A DNA stretch of 64,000 nucleotides, from positions 1,024,001 through 1,088,000 of the forward strand of contig JBBCJC010000002.1 in assembly GCA_037189525.1 (NCBI GenBank), given 5' to 3'. Below the pieces are notes generated by a model. It was not told the origin of the DNA and ran no database searches. It worked only from the letters and a program-made list of their open reading frames with translations. Of the stretch, positions 39,501-48,347 are shown one piece after another. The position numbers and the translations under genes were made by a program. The DNA is from Gemmatimonadales bacterium (GTDB lineage Bacteria; Gemmatimonadota; Gemmatimonadetes; Gemmatimonadales; GWC2-71-9). How positions within the stretch are numbered: position 1 is the first letter of the stretch; each line of letters begins with the position of its first letter.

Positions 39501-39800
39501 GGCGGAATGTCACGGCACGATGCCCTGCGCGCCGCCACACTGATAGGTGCGCAGGCCATCGGCCTCGAAACGGACATCGGCTCGTTGGAGCCCGGCAAGC
39601 TGGCGGATCTGGTGGTCCTCGATGCCAACCCGCTCGACGACATCCGGAACTCGAAGACGGTTCATCAGGTTATGCGCGGCGGAAAGCTCTACGACGCTGG
39701 AACGCTCGATCAGATCACGCCGGCGGCCAAGCCGCTGCCGCCCCAGTGGTGGCGGGAATATGCGCCGACGGACGAGCCTGGGTATCGCCGGGTGCATTAG
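36510..39800 (+). CDS. TolB-like beta-propeller plus amidohydrolase fusion protein
   Basis: GTWMSVD, repeated SPDG (PD40) motifs, PGFVDAHAH, GHGQLQGL, GSLEPGKLADLVVL..NPL. Confidence 0.9.
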   Translation: MLALFVAHAFVAMPAVTAAPIAVQDTARRPAAGLPLQAGTRSFRLSTTRGTWMSVDITPDGRTLVFDLLGDLYTLPIAGGRAVRLTSGLAFDAQPRISPDGKRVAFVSDRSGSDHVWTMSLDGRDTVQVTRGSLQGVTSPEWTPDGSAIVVTRSGGGPGQPKLWLHHVSGGSGVQLIREPAQRFTLGAAFGPDPRYIWHTFRNGGFSYDARFPIYQIAVYDREAGTQTVMTNRQGSAFRPTLSPDGKWLAYGTRYKTESGLRLRELATGNERWLAYPVQRDDQEGSSSLDVLPGFTFTPDSREVIASYGGEIWRIPVAGGAASKIPFQVDEDITIGPEVKFAYRVDTGAVQVRQIRDAVPSPDGTRLAFSALGKVYVMDYPNGTPRRVSNLTEGEHYPVWSPDGAALAFVTWNDRDGGHIYRVPVRAAGAAQRLTRVPARYAQLAWSPDGQRIVAVRAAARDMQETLERFGAGLGAEFVWIPATGGDVSVIAPTGGKQAPHFGSAADRIYSYSGADGLVSMRWDGTDLKAHLKVTGSSPPGAANPPSAGLILISPSGDRALAQVGSDLYVVTVPVVGGQVPTVSVADPANAAFPVRKLTDIGGEFPAWERNGNAVRWSVGNAHLRFDLARAQALDDSLRAARNAPADTTRRERPRYRPDETRIRITAPRDVPQQNLVLRGARVITMRGNEIVENADVVIRNDRIVSVGPRGAVPAGAHVIELNGKTIVPGFVDAHAHYRHSPGIHFGQMWAYLANLAYGVTTSRDPQTATTDVLTYGDLVETGQMIGPRIYSTGPGVFLGEQIRSLDHARDVMRRYSRYYDTKTLKMYMSGTRQQRQWIIMAARELELMPTTEGGIDYALEITHALDGYSGVEHSLPVYPIFEDVVNLFKHSGTVNVPTLVVAYGGPWAENYYYATERVADDPKLMRFLPAAELDARARRRGGNPGTSGWVHPDEHIFARHAEFAKALVEAGGKIGVGGHGQLQGLAYHWELWSIQAGGMSRHDALRAATLIGAQAIGLETDIGSLEPGKLADLVVLDANPLDDIRNSKTVHQVMRGGKLYDAGTLDQITPAAKPLPPQWWREYAPTDEPGYRRVH

Positions 39801-39893
39801 GACAGATTTCCGCGCCAGTGCATTGAAGCAGGGGTCTCGTTGTTGAGCCGGACGAGATCTCGATCACCCTAAGGATCTTGGTACCTTTGCCTC

Positions 39894-40154
39894 ATGCCTG
39901 AGATCTCCAGATTCCTCGGCATCGTGATCCGAATGTACTTTCTCGATCACGAGCCACCGCATTTTCACGCGAGCTATGCGGGTTCAGAGGCACAGGTGCG
40001 AATTACCCCCGTCGGCTTGCTGAATGGGACCTTGCCGCCTCGCGCCTTGGCGTTGGTTGTCGAATGGGCTACGATTCACCAGGCAGAATTGTTGGAAAAC
40101 TGGCGCCGGCTGCATGCGGACGAGCCGCCGACGAAAATCGCGCCGCTGGAGTAA
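39894..40154 (+). CDS. DUF4160 domain protein, putative toxin
   Basis: MPEISRFLGIVIRMYF.DH.PPHFHA.Y...LV.EWA..HQ.EL.ENW...IAPLE. Confidence 0.88.
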   Translation: MPEISRFLGIVIRMYFLDHEPPHFHASYAGSEAQVRITPVGLLNGTLPPRALALVVEWATIHQAELLENWRRLHADEPPTKIAPLE

Positions 40155-40157
40155 GTC

Positions 40158-40448
40158 ATGCCCCTTCATCCCCGCATCACCAAGGTTATTGTCACCGGTC
40201 CTTTCCAGGTCTTTCTCGATTTCACGGATGGCTCGCGCGGCGTCGTAGATCTCGCTCCCTTGATCGGCGGCCGTGGTGGAGTCTTTCAACTACTTCAGGA
40301 CCCCGCCTACTTCGCCACGGTGGCGGTTGATTCGGATGCCGGTACAATCGTTTGGCCCAACGGTGTGGATCTCGATCCAGACATGCTCTACGAAGCGGCC
40401 CACGGTGCGCCTGTCGGCGGGCCTCGTGGCGACGGCGAGGTCCAATAA
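40158..40448 (+). CDS. DUF2442 domain protein, putative antitoxin
   Basis: F.DG..G.VDL...GVF..L.D..YF..V.VD...GTIVWPNGVDLDPD.LY; follows DUF4160. Confidence 0.88.
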   Translation: MPLHPRITKVIVTGPFQVFLDFTDGSRGVVDLAPLIGGRGGVFQLLQDPAYFATVAVDSDAGTIVWPNGVDLDPDMLYEAAHGAPVGGPRGDGEVQ

Positions 40449-40451
40449 CGG

Positions 40452-41735
40452 TTATCGGAACGTCCCCGGGCTGAACTCGTAGACGAGCTGCGGCGCCCCG
40501 ACGTCCTCTTCGGGAGTCCAGAATCCCAGTTGCTCTGCCCAGCGATCCATGCGCAGGCGTCGGCCCCGAATAGTTAGAAACCCAGCGGCTCGATCGGTGA
40601 TGACGCCCAGCTTGCGGAGGTCGCTCACGCCGCGGATCAGTGTCGACCGCCGGCTTGCCACGATCCGGCGCGCAGCAACCGGGCCGATGCCGGGTACTCG
40701 CACCAGCTCCTCATAGGACGCTCGCTCCACCTCCATCGGAAACGACTCGGGTGAAGCGAGCGCCCAACTCACCTTGGGGTCGCGCGCGAGCGGCAGATTG
40801 CCGCGTTCGTCGTAGACGATCTCACCCGGCGCGAAGCCATAGTCGCGAATCAGATGGTCGGCCTGGTAGAGGCGCTGCTCCCGGAGCGCGGGCGTGGCTT
40901 TGACCTCCTCCATCGGCGTCTCGCGAATCGGCCGGAACGCGCTGAACTGCGTGTGGTGCATGCCCCCCTTGGCATACAGCCCCGTGATGGTATCGATCAG
41001 GGTGCGATCGCTATCGGGCGTGGCGCCGACTACGAACTGGACGGTCATGCCCGCGGTCGATCCGGGGTGCAGCGGATCACGCGGCCGGCCCGATCGCTCC
41101 GCAGCCTTGCTGTCGGTGACGACGCCGCGCGCCAGTTCCAGGCTCGTCATGGCAGTGGAGAGGTGTTTGTCCGGGGCAATCCGGAGCAGGTGGTCACCGC
41201 AGGGCGCTTCGAGATTGACCGAGACGCGATTGGCCAGCTGCGCCAGGCGTTCCACTTGAGCCGGTTCGCCGCCGGGGACGACCTTGGTGTGGATGTAGCC
41301 GGTAAACCGGTGCCGCTCCCGCAACAGCTCGAGCACTTTGATCAATTCGTCCATCACGGCCGTCGGGCGACCGGGAATGCCCGTCGTGATGAACAGGCCG
41401 CTGCACCAGCCGCGACGAACCGCGCCCAGGAAGATCCGGACCAGCTCCTCCGCCTTGAGCAGGGTGCGCGGCAGGTTCCGATCCCGCCGCATTGGACAGT
41501 AGTGACAATTGAAGCTGCAGGCATTGGTCATCAGGATCCGGAGCAGGGACGTGGTGGCTCCCGTCCCCATGCGCACCGAGCGGATGTTGAGCGGCCGCAG
41601 CACGCCCGATTTGTCGGCATTGCGCAGTCTCGGCGGGAGCGAACGCGGCGCGCCTTCGCCGGGGCCGGCGCGGTCGTCGGCCGCCAGTGACATGAGGAGC
41701 GCGATCTTGGCTTCGAGGTCGGCGGGCTGCTTCAT
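40452..41735 (-). CDS. Putative DNA modification/repair radical SAM protein with HhH domain (TIGR03916-like)
   Basis: LMTNACSFNCHYC (CxxxCxxC), F.GYIH.K, REQRLYQADHL.R.YGF, DPK..WAL, VPGIGP..A.RI; ATG 41735. Confidence 0.88.
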   Translation of the reverse strand: MKQPADLEAKIALLMSLAADDRAGPGEGAPRSLPPRLRNADKSGVLRPLNIRSVRMGTGATTSLLRILMTNACSFNCHYCPMRRDRNLPRTLLKAEELVRIFLGAVRRGWCSGLFITTGIPGRPTAVMDELIKVLELLRERHRFTGYIHTKVVPGGEPAQVERLAQLANRVSVNLEAPCGDHLLRIAPDKHLSTAMTSLELARGVVTDSKAAERSGRPRDPLHPGSTAGMTVQFVVGATPDSDRTLIDTITGLYAKGGMHHTQFSAFRPIRETPMEEVKATPALREQRLYQADHLIRDYGFAPGEIVYDERGNLPLARDPKVSWALASPESFPMEVERASYEELVRVPGIGPVAARRIVASRRSTLIRGVSDLRKLGVITDRAAGFLTIRGRRLRMDRWAEQLGFWTPEEDVGAPQLVYEFSPGTFR

Positions 41736-41763
41736 CGGCTGCTTCCTGCAGGTTGTCCGATCA

Positions 41764-41792
41764 ACGATACCCGAACAAAACCCGAATCTCAA
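41764..41792 (-). promoter_or_regulatory. Sigma70 promoter with LexA-like direct repeat in the spacer
   Basis: - strand TTGAGA-N17-TATCGT; spacer holds ATTC-N7-GTTC (41773-41787). Confidence 0.6.
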
Positions 41793-41844
41793 GGCCGCCG
41801 GATTCCCTGACGAAGGATGGCTGGAGACCGGGCATAGCCTGCAG

Positions 41845-41885
41845 AAGCAAACCGGCGACTGGAGGAAATTCCGCCAGTCGCCGGT
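41845..41885 (-). terminator. Terminator downstream of aqpZ
   Basis: ACCGGCGACTGG/CCAGTCGCCGGT 12-bp stem followed by TTGCTT on the - strand. Confidence 0.7.
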
Positions 41886-41907
41886 CGAAAAGCGTTCGGA
41901 TGTTACG

Positions 41908-42594
41908 TCAGTCTTTGGCCGACCCGATGAACTTGTAGATGGTCGCCCCGAGGACGCCGCCGACGATCGGGGCGACCCAGAAGAGCCACAACTGCTGGAT
42001 TGCCCAGCCGCCGGCAAACAGCGCGACGCCGGTGCTGCGGGCCGGGTTGACCGAAGTGTTGGTGACCGGAATGCTGATCAGGTGGATCAGCGTGAGGCCA
42101 AGGCCGATCGCGATCGGTGCGAAGCCGCTCGGCGCGCGCGAATCGGTGGAGCCCAGAATGATGACCAGGAACAGCGCGGTCAGCACGACTTCGATGATCA
42201 GTGCCGCCTGCATCGAATAGCCCCCGGGCGAGTGCTCACCATAGCCGTTCGATGCGAACCCGCCGAGTTCGAATCCGGCCTTGCCGCTCGCGATGAGATA
42301 GAGCACCCCGCCGGCAACCAGCGCACCAACCACCTGGGCCACGATGTAGGGCAGGAGCTGGTTCGCGGGGAACCGGCCGCCGACCCAGAGTCCCACCGAG
42401 ACCGCGGGGTTGAAGTGTCCGCCCGAGATATGGCCCAGAGCGTACGCCCCGGTGAGTACGGTGAGGCCGAAGGCGAGGGCCACGCCGGCGAACCCGATGC
42501 CGAGTTCCGGGTAGGCCGCTGCGAGAACCGCACTTCCGCATCCGCCAAAGACGAGCCAGAACGTGCCCAGGAACTCCGCGCCGTACTTGTTCAT
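41908..42594 (-). CDS. aqpZ: Aquaporin Z
   Basis: [46 protein letters not shown] before ATG 42594. Confidence 0.96.
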   Translation of the reverse strand: MNKYGAEFLGTFWLVFGGCGSAVLAAAYPELGIGFAGVALAFGLTVLTGAYALGHISGGHFNPAVSVGLWVGGRFPANQLLPYIVAQVVGALVAGGVLYLIASGKAGFELGGFASNGYGEHSPGGYSMQAALIIEVVLTALFLVIILGSTDSRAPSGFAPIAIGLGLTLIHLISIPVTNTSVNPARSTGVALFAGGWAIQQLWLFWVAPIVGGVLGATIYKFIGSAKD

Positions 42595-42783
42595 AGATGA
42601 CTCCTCGAAGTCGCAATGGATGTCGACACGCCCTCCGACACGCCCGACCGACACGACCCGTTGCGCCCGCGAGTGGCGGCGGCGTTACGGAACACGTCGT
42701 ATCGGCATGCAAAAGTCGGTGGGGGAAACGCTAAGATACCTTCGCCCGGAGATGCCGCAACCCCGGAAAGATCCGGGGTGCCG

Positions 42784-44379
42784 CTAGCGCCCCAGGATGG
42801 CCGTCGCCTGGCTGAACGCGGTGATGCCCTCGCGCACGTCCGCGTCGAGGAGCGCATGGATCCGGTAGTAGCCCGCGTCACCCCACTTCGCGTCCGCCAC
42901 GATCGGGAGGAGCCAGCGGCTGAGCAACGCGTCGGTGTCGGCACCGTCGGGGATCGTGGCCCCGTCTCGCGCGGCAAAGGCGCGGAAGTCGGCGACGGCG
43001 CCCGCCGGCAACACTAGCGAACGAGCCAGGTCGTCGAGCGAAGCAAGCGAGACGCCCCCGCTCTCGAGCCAGCCCGGCACCCATCGGAGAGCCACCGATT
43101 GCTCGGCCAGTCGGGTGAGCCAGCTCGGCGCGTCCGGCCGTTCGGCCAGGCGGATGTCCGGATAGATGCCGCCACCTCCGTAGACCGTCCGGCCCTTGGT
43201 GGTCCGACAGGATGGACGCCCCACCGTGTCGCGCTCGGCGGTGGCGCGGCGGTAGTACTCACGGGTGGTGATGCCCCGGTACTGCCGCTGGATGATCCGG
43301 CCGCAGGGCGTCTTCGAATGCCCCATCACGAGCCACATGATCGAGCCGTCCGGCAGCGCCACCGCCCGCATCATCAGCGACTTGCCGAAGCTCGGTTGGC
43401 CCACGATGAGGGCGCGGTCGTGGTCCTGCAGGGCGCCGGCCACCAGCTCCGCAGCGCTGGCCGTGTTCTCGTTCTGGAGCAGCACGATCGGGTAGGTCCG
43501 TTCCCGCCGGAAAAAGGAGCGGGAGACCTTGACCGTCTCGTTGAGCTCCGCCTTCCGTCCTTCCTGGACGTGCACCACGGCGCCGCTCGGCAGGAAGAGG
43601 CCCGCCACGTCGGCCGCTTCCTTGACGCTGCCGCCGCCGTTGTCGCGCAGGTCGAGCACCAGGCGCTGCATGCCCGTCCGCTCCAGCTGATCGATGGCCT
43701 TGCGGAGGTCCTCGTTGACCTTGTCGCCCACGAAGGTGGTGACCAGGACGTAGCCCGTCTCGCCGTCCAGCATGAACGACGCCGGCACCGCGGTCGACTC
43801 GCCCACCTTCTCCCGCTTGATGTCGCGGACCACGCTGGTGCGGCTGCCGTCGCTCCGGTGCCGCTCGAAGGTGAGCCGGATGGTCGACCCCTTCCGCCCC
43901 GCGAGCAGGATCTCGAGCTCGTCGGCGCTCTCCGCAGCGACCGGGTTGCCGTCGATGGCCACCAGTTCGTCGCCGGGGAGGACGTTCTGACGCCTCGCAT
44001 CCGACCCTGCCGCGACGCCTACCACCACCGGCGCGCCCCCGACGAAGCGAAACGCGATCGGCACCGGCACCGCGCGGCCTTCCGCCACCTCCTTGGCGCG
44101 CTCGGCGGTGAGGGGCCGATAGACCAGGACGTAGCTGTGCGGGTCGGCCGCGGACACCATTCCGCGGATGGCCGCCATGATGAGCGCGTGCGGATCGGTC
44201 GAGTCGGGGTGATTGACCCGGATCTGGTTGAGCACCCCGGTGAACATCTGGAGGTCTTCGCCGATGGTGCGCGCCCGGGTCGGGGCGGCCGGCCGCTCTT
44301 GCGCAGCAAGCATTGGCGTGCCCGCCGCCAGGACGGCGCTTGCCAGGGCCGCGCCGAGCCGGACGGGCCAGGCGCTCAC
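42784..44379 (-). CDS. S41 family C-terminal processing protease (CtpA/Prc-like)
   Basis: DPHS, PDZ-like region, LDLRDNGGG, ASAAE...GALQDHDRA, FGK, GGGI.PD. Confidence 0.9.
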   Translation of the reverse strand: MSAWPVRLGAALASAVLAAGTPMLAAQERPAAPTRARTIGEDLQMFTGVLNQIRVNHPDSTDPHALIMAAIRGMVSAADPHSYVLVYRPLTAERAKEVAEGRAVPVPIAFRFVGGAPVVVGVAAGSDARRQNVLPGDELVAIDGNPVAAESADELEILLAGRKGSTIRLTFERHRSDGSRTSVVRDIKREKVGESTAVPASFMLDGETGYVLVTTFVGDKVNEDLRKAIDQLERTGMQRLVLDLRDNGGGSVKEAADVAGLFLPSGAVVHVQEGRKAELNETVKVSRSFFRRERTYPIVLLQNENTASAAELVAGALQDHDRALIVGQPSFGKSLMMRAVALPDGSIMWLVMGHSKTPCGRIIQRQYRGITTREYYRRATAERDTVGRPSCRTTKGRTVYGGGGIYPDIRLAERPDAPSWLTRLAEQSVALRWVPGWLESGGVSLASLDDLARSLVLPAGAVADFRAFAARDGATIPDGADTDALLSRWLLPIVADAKWGDAGYYRIHALLDADVREGITAFSQATAILGR

Positions 44380-45533
44380 GGGGCGCTCCCGCCCAGCGCG
44401 GCGATCCGCTGTTTGGCGTGCGCGCGCTCCTGCTGCCGGACGAGCGGCGCGATCCCGAGGAAGCGGGTGTACTGCTCGATGGCCTGCGGTTTCTGGTCGC
44501 TCCGGTCGAGCGCCAATGCCAGGCCGAAGTAGGGCATGGCGAAGAGCGGTTCCGCCGCGATGGCCTTCTCGAAGTGCGGCACCGCATCGGCTGGGCGGCC
44601 CGCGTTGACCAGCGCCGAGCCATACCGCTCCTGGAGGAAGGGCGACTCGGGCTTGAGGTCGACCGCGAGCTGATACTCCTGCAGGTAGGTGGCCGTGTCG
44701 CCGCGGATCCGCGCCAGCTCGCCCAGCCGGAGGTGGGCCATGTAGAACGAGAGATCTTCGGCGATGACGCGGTCGTAGGCCTCGCGCGCGAGGGCCGGCT
44801 GCCGCGCCAGCTCATACATCCAGCCGATCATGTACTCGGCGAACGCTTTGGAATCGTAGAAGACCACCACGTCCTTTTGTTCGGCGGTCTCCTTCCTGCC
44901 GATCATGGTGCGCAGCTCCGCGACGGCGCTGTCGGTCTGACCCATCTGATAGAAGGCGAGCGCGCGGTCGACATGGGTGCTCAGGTCCTTCTTGTCGCGC
45001 TTGAGCGCTTCCGCGAACTGCCGCACCGCATCGGGGAAGCGGCCCCGAGTGTAGGCGAGCCAACCGTTGAACCAGGGATTCGGTCCGCGCCAGTCGGCGG
45101 CCGCTGCGCTGATGCCCGTCTCGTGTTCGTACCACTTGTAGAGCAGCAGCATGTCGTGCGCGCGGTAGAGGAGCGGGTTGCGGAGCAGCGCCTCGTTCTG
45201 CAGCGAGTCGATGGCGCGCACCTCCTTCGAGCGGTAGTAGCCGCGGCGCAGGAGATAATCCGCCAGGCGATGCGGAGCCGACAGGTGATACGCCACCCGC
45301 TTGGCATAGAGCGGCTCGGCCCAGCCCGGTTCCATCCGCGCGGCCCAGTGGAATGCGGCGAGCGCCTCGTCCGGACGGCTGCGGAGATTGTTGAGGCCAA
45401 ACTCGTGATAGGCGGTGGCACTATTGGTATCCGCCGATGCCGGGAGTTTCGGGCGCCGAGGCTCCTTCTGCGCCAGAATGGACAGAGGCGTGGTGGCGAC
45501 GACAGCGAGAACCAGCGCGAGCGCTCGAGACAT
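44376..45533 (-). CDS. Secreted tetratricopeptide repeat protein
   Basis: AGGAGG RBS, signal peptide, several TPR-like helical repeats; overlaps the S41 start. Confidence 0.8.
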   Translation of the reverse strand: MSRALALVLAVVATTPLSILAQKEPRRPKLPASADTNSATAYHEFGLNNLRSRPDEALAAFHWAARMEPGWAEPLYAKRVAYHLSAPHRLADYLLRRGYYRSKEVRAIDSLQNEALLRNPLLYRAHDMLLLYKWYEHETGISAAAADWRGPNPWFNGWLAYTRGRFPDAVRQFAEALKRDKKDLSTHVDRALAFYQMGQTDSAVAELRTMIGRKETAEQKDVVVFYDSKAFAEYMIGWMYELARQPALAREAYDRVIAEDLSFYMAHLRLGELARIRGDTATYLQEYQLAVDLKPESPFLQERYGSALVNAGRPADAVPHFEKAIAAEPLFAMPYFGLALALDRSDQKPQAIEQYTRFLGIAPLVRQQERAHAKQRIAALGGSAP

Positions 45534-45698
45534 GGCGACCTCCTGATGCGGCCGGCCGAGGATCTGTGGGGATTGCGAAGCTACCACCAATATCGCGCCT
45601 GGCCGGCCTTTGGGGAATGGGAAGGTTAGAGTTCGGAGATTCCGCTGTCTCGGCTCGCCGCACTCCGCCTGGGTCCCGACGCGGGGTTAGCTTACGGA

Positions 45699-46493
45699 AT
45701 GCGCCAGTATCTGGATCTGCTCCGCCACGTCCTCGAGCACGGTCGCGCCAAGAGCGACCGCACCGGCACCGGCACCTTGAGCGTCTTCGGCGAGCAAGTG
45801 CGATATGACCTGGCTCAGGGGTTTCCCCTCCTGACGACCAAGAAGGTCCACACCAAATCGATCATCTACGAATTGCTCTGGTTTCTGCGCGGCGAAACCA
45901 ATGTCGCGTATTTGAAAGAGCATGGCGTTTCCATCTGGAACGAGTGGGCGGACCCGCAAGGCGAACTCGGTCCTATATATGGATATCAGTGGCGGTCCTG
46001 GCCGACGCGGGATGGAGGCACGGTCGACCAGATCACGCAGGTGGTCGACCAGATCAGGTCCAATCCGGATTCCCGGCGCCTCATCGTTAGTGCCTGGAAT
46101 GTCGCCGATTTGCCGCGGATGGCTCTGGCCCCGTGTCACGCGCTCTTCCAGTTCTATGTGGGGGACGGTCGGCTGTCGTGCCAGCTCTATCAGCGCAGTG
46201 CCGACATCTTCCTCGGTGTCCCGTTCAACATCGCCTCCTATGCATTGCTTACCATGATGGTGGCCCAGGTGACCGGACTCGGCGTGGGCGAGTTCGTCCA
46301 CACCTTCGGCGACCTCCATCTCTATACCAATCACATCGAGCAGGCCAAGCTGCAGCTCACACGTGAGCCAAAGCCGCTGCCCACCATGCGGCTCCGGTCC
46401 GGCGTGCGGTCGATCTTCGACTTCCAGTTCGACGACTTCGAGCTGATCGGCTATCATCCCGATCCGCACATCTCGGCGCCGGTGGCGGTATGA
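45699..46493 (+). CDS. thyA: Thymidylate synthase
   Basis: [42 protein letters not shown]; 264 aa. Confidence 0.98.
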   Translation: MRQYLDLLRHVLEHGRAKSDRTGTGTLSVFGEQVRYDLAQGFPLLTTKKVHTKSIIYELLWFLRGETNVAYLKEHGVSIWNEWADPQGELGPIYGYQWRSWPTRDGGTVDQITQVVDQIRSNPDSRRLIVSAWNVADLPRMALAPCHALFQFYVGDGRLSCQLYQRSADIFLGVPFNIASYALLTMMVAQVTGLGVGEFVHTFGDLHLYTNHIEQAKLQLTREPKPLPTMRLRSGVRSIFDFQFDDFELIGYHPDPHISAPVAV

Positions 46494-46990
46494 CTCCGAT
46501 CGTGTCGCTGGTGGCGGCAATGGCCGAGAACCGCGTCATCGGTCGGGATGGCGGATTGCCGTGGCATCTGCCGGACGATCTCAAGCACTTCAAGCGGCTC
46601 ACGCTCGATCACACCATCATCATGGGTCGGAAGACCTTCGACGAGGTCGGCCGGCCGCTGGCCAATCGGCGGAACGTCGTGATCTCCCGCAATCCGACCT
46701 TTCGCCCCGCGGGTGTCACCGTGGTGCCCAGTCTCAATGAGGCGCTGGCACTCGGCGCCACCGAGTCCGAGGTGTTCGTGATCGGCGGCGGCGCCATCTA
46801 TCAACTCGCCCTTCCGCGGGCGAACCGCCTCTACCTCACACTTGTCCATGCCGATGTAGAGGGGGATACGTATTTCCCCGACTTCGATGAGGCGGCGTGG
46901 GCAATCGAAGACGAATCCTTCCATCCCGCCGACGATCGGCACCAGTACAGCTTCACCATTCGGACGTACCGCCGGCTTCCCAATCCCTGA
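46490..46990 (+). CDS. folA: Dihydrofolate reductase
   Basis: NRVIG...[38 protein letters not shown]. Confidence 0.97.
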   Translation: MTPIVSLVAAMAENRVIGRDGGLPWHLPDDLKHFKRLTLDHTIIMGRKTFDEVGRPLANRRNVVISRNPTFRPAGVTVVPSLNEALALGATESEVFVIGGGAIYQLALPRANRLYLTLVHADVEGDTYFPDFDEAAWAIEDESFHPADDRHQYSFTIRTYRRLPNP

Positions 46991-47219
46991 TCTGACGAGC
47001 CGATCGCCCTCGTTTGCTGCGATCGGCGCGGCTTCGATCGCTCCGAAAATCCGAAAAACGCACGCGAATGTGTCGATTGGGTCGATCAATCTCGACTTTA
47101 ATGCAAAAAATGTATTGTGCGTTTTGAAATGATTTCTTAGCTTAGTTAGGAGTAGTTGCCGATACCGACGCTCGTTGCGGATTCGATGCAGGCCGAGCGC
47201 ACCTTTTCAAGGAGATCTT

Positions 47220-48347
47220 TTGGCGGTCCGAATAGGGTTCGCATTCAATCTCAAGCCGAATCTCCCCACGTCGCCATCGGGTGCGGACAACGCACCAGAC
47301 TCTGTCGTCTCCGCTCCTGCCCCCGCTGCTCCCGCTCTCAATCGCACGCTTCGCTCTGATCTCCCCCAGCCGGATCTCTATGCCGAATGGGATGAGGCCG
47401 AGACGATCGATGCGGTCGAACGGGCGCTGTCGGGCATCGGCAAGGTGATTCGTCTCGAGGCCGATGCCGATTTTCCGCGCCGGCTGATGGACGCACGGCC
47501 CGATTTCGTGTTCAACATCGCCGAGGGACTCTATGGCGTGAATCGCGAGGCGCATGTGCCGGCGATTTGCGAGTTTCTGGGCGTTCCGTATCACGCATCG
47601 GACCCGCTCACCCTGAGTCTCTCGCTCCACAAAGGGCGGGCGAAGGAAGTCTTTGCCTACCACGGCGTGCCGACAGCCCCGTTCATCGTGGCCAACTCGC
47701 GAGCGGACGCCCGCAACGTGACGCTGCCGTTTCCGCTCTTCGCCAAGCCGGCTCTCGAAGGGTCGAGCAAGGGAATCACGGCGCGGAGTCTCTGCACCAA
47801 CCGGGCGAAACTGGTGTCGGTGGTCGGCGAACTGCTCGAGGTCTACCAGCAGCCGGTGCTGATCGAGGCGTACTTGCCGGGACAGGAGTTTACCGTTGCC
47901 ATTGTCGGCAATGGTCGCGAGGCGCGCTGCCTTCCGCTGGTCGGGATGCGCTTCGATGACCTGCCGCTCGGCGCGCCGCCGATCTACGGCTACGAAGCCA
48001 AGTGGCTCTGGGATACGCCGGAGCGTCCGCTCGCGATGTTCGACTGCCCGGCTCGGGTCGACAAGGATCTCGCGCGGGAGGTTCGCAGCGCCGCCCTCTC
48101 CGCTTATCGCGTCATGGGATGCCGCGATTGGGCTCGCGTCGATGTGCGTTGCGATGCGTCCGGTCGCCCCAATGTGGTTGAAGTCAATCCGCTGCCCGGG
48201 ATTCTTCCGAATCCGCAGGACAACTCCTGCTTCCCGAAAGCGGCGCGCGCGGCCGGAATGTCGTATGAGGCGCTGATCCAGACGGTGGCCGATGTCGCCT
48301 GGCGCCGGATCAGCGGGAAGTCGCTCCTCGTCAAGGCAGCGGCATGA
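47220..48347 (+). CDS. D-Ala-D-Ala ligase-like ATP-grasp protein 1
   Basis: TTG start after GGAG; VFNIAEG, KP..EGSSKGI, E.YLPGQEFTV, ARVDVR, EVNPLPG. Lacks the canonical Ddl N-terminal GG.S.E. Confidence 0.85.
   Translation: MAVRIGFAFNLKPNLPTSPSGADNAPDSVVSAPAPAAPALNRTLRSDLPQPDLYAEWDEAETIDAVERALSGIGKVIRLEADADFPRRLMDARPDFVFNIAEGLYGVNREAHVPAICEFLGVPYHASDPLTLSLSLHKGRAKEVFAYHGVPTAPFIVANSRADARNVTLPFPLFAKPALEGSSKGITARSLCTNRAKLVSVVGELLEVYQQPVLIEAYLPGQEFTVAIVGNGREARCLPLVGMRFDDLPLGAPPIYGYEAKWLWDTPERPLAMFDCPARVDKDLAREVRSAALSAYRVMGCRDWARVDVRCDASGRPNVVEVNPLPGILPNPQDNSCFPKAARAAGMSYEALIQTVADVAWRRISGKSLLVKAAA

Noticed and set aside
42600..42783. Intergenic region upstream of aqpZ with short CCGACACG-like repeats
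   Set aside because: Too short and irregular to support a regulatory or RNA call.
45595..45690. Possible riboswitch or ncRNA upstream of thyA
   Set aside because: Only weak GC pairing and no motif I recognise; thyA looks leaderless. An Rfam scan would settle it.
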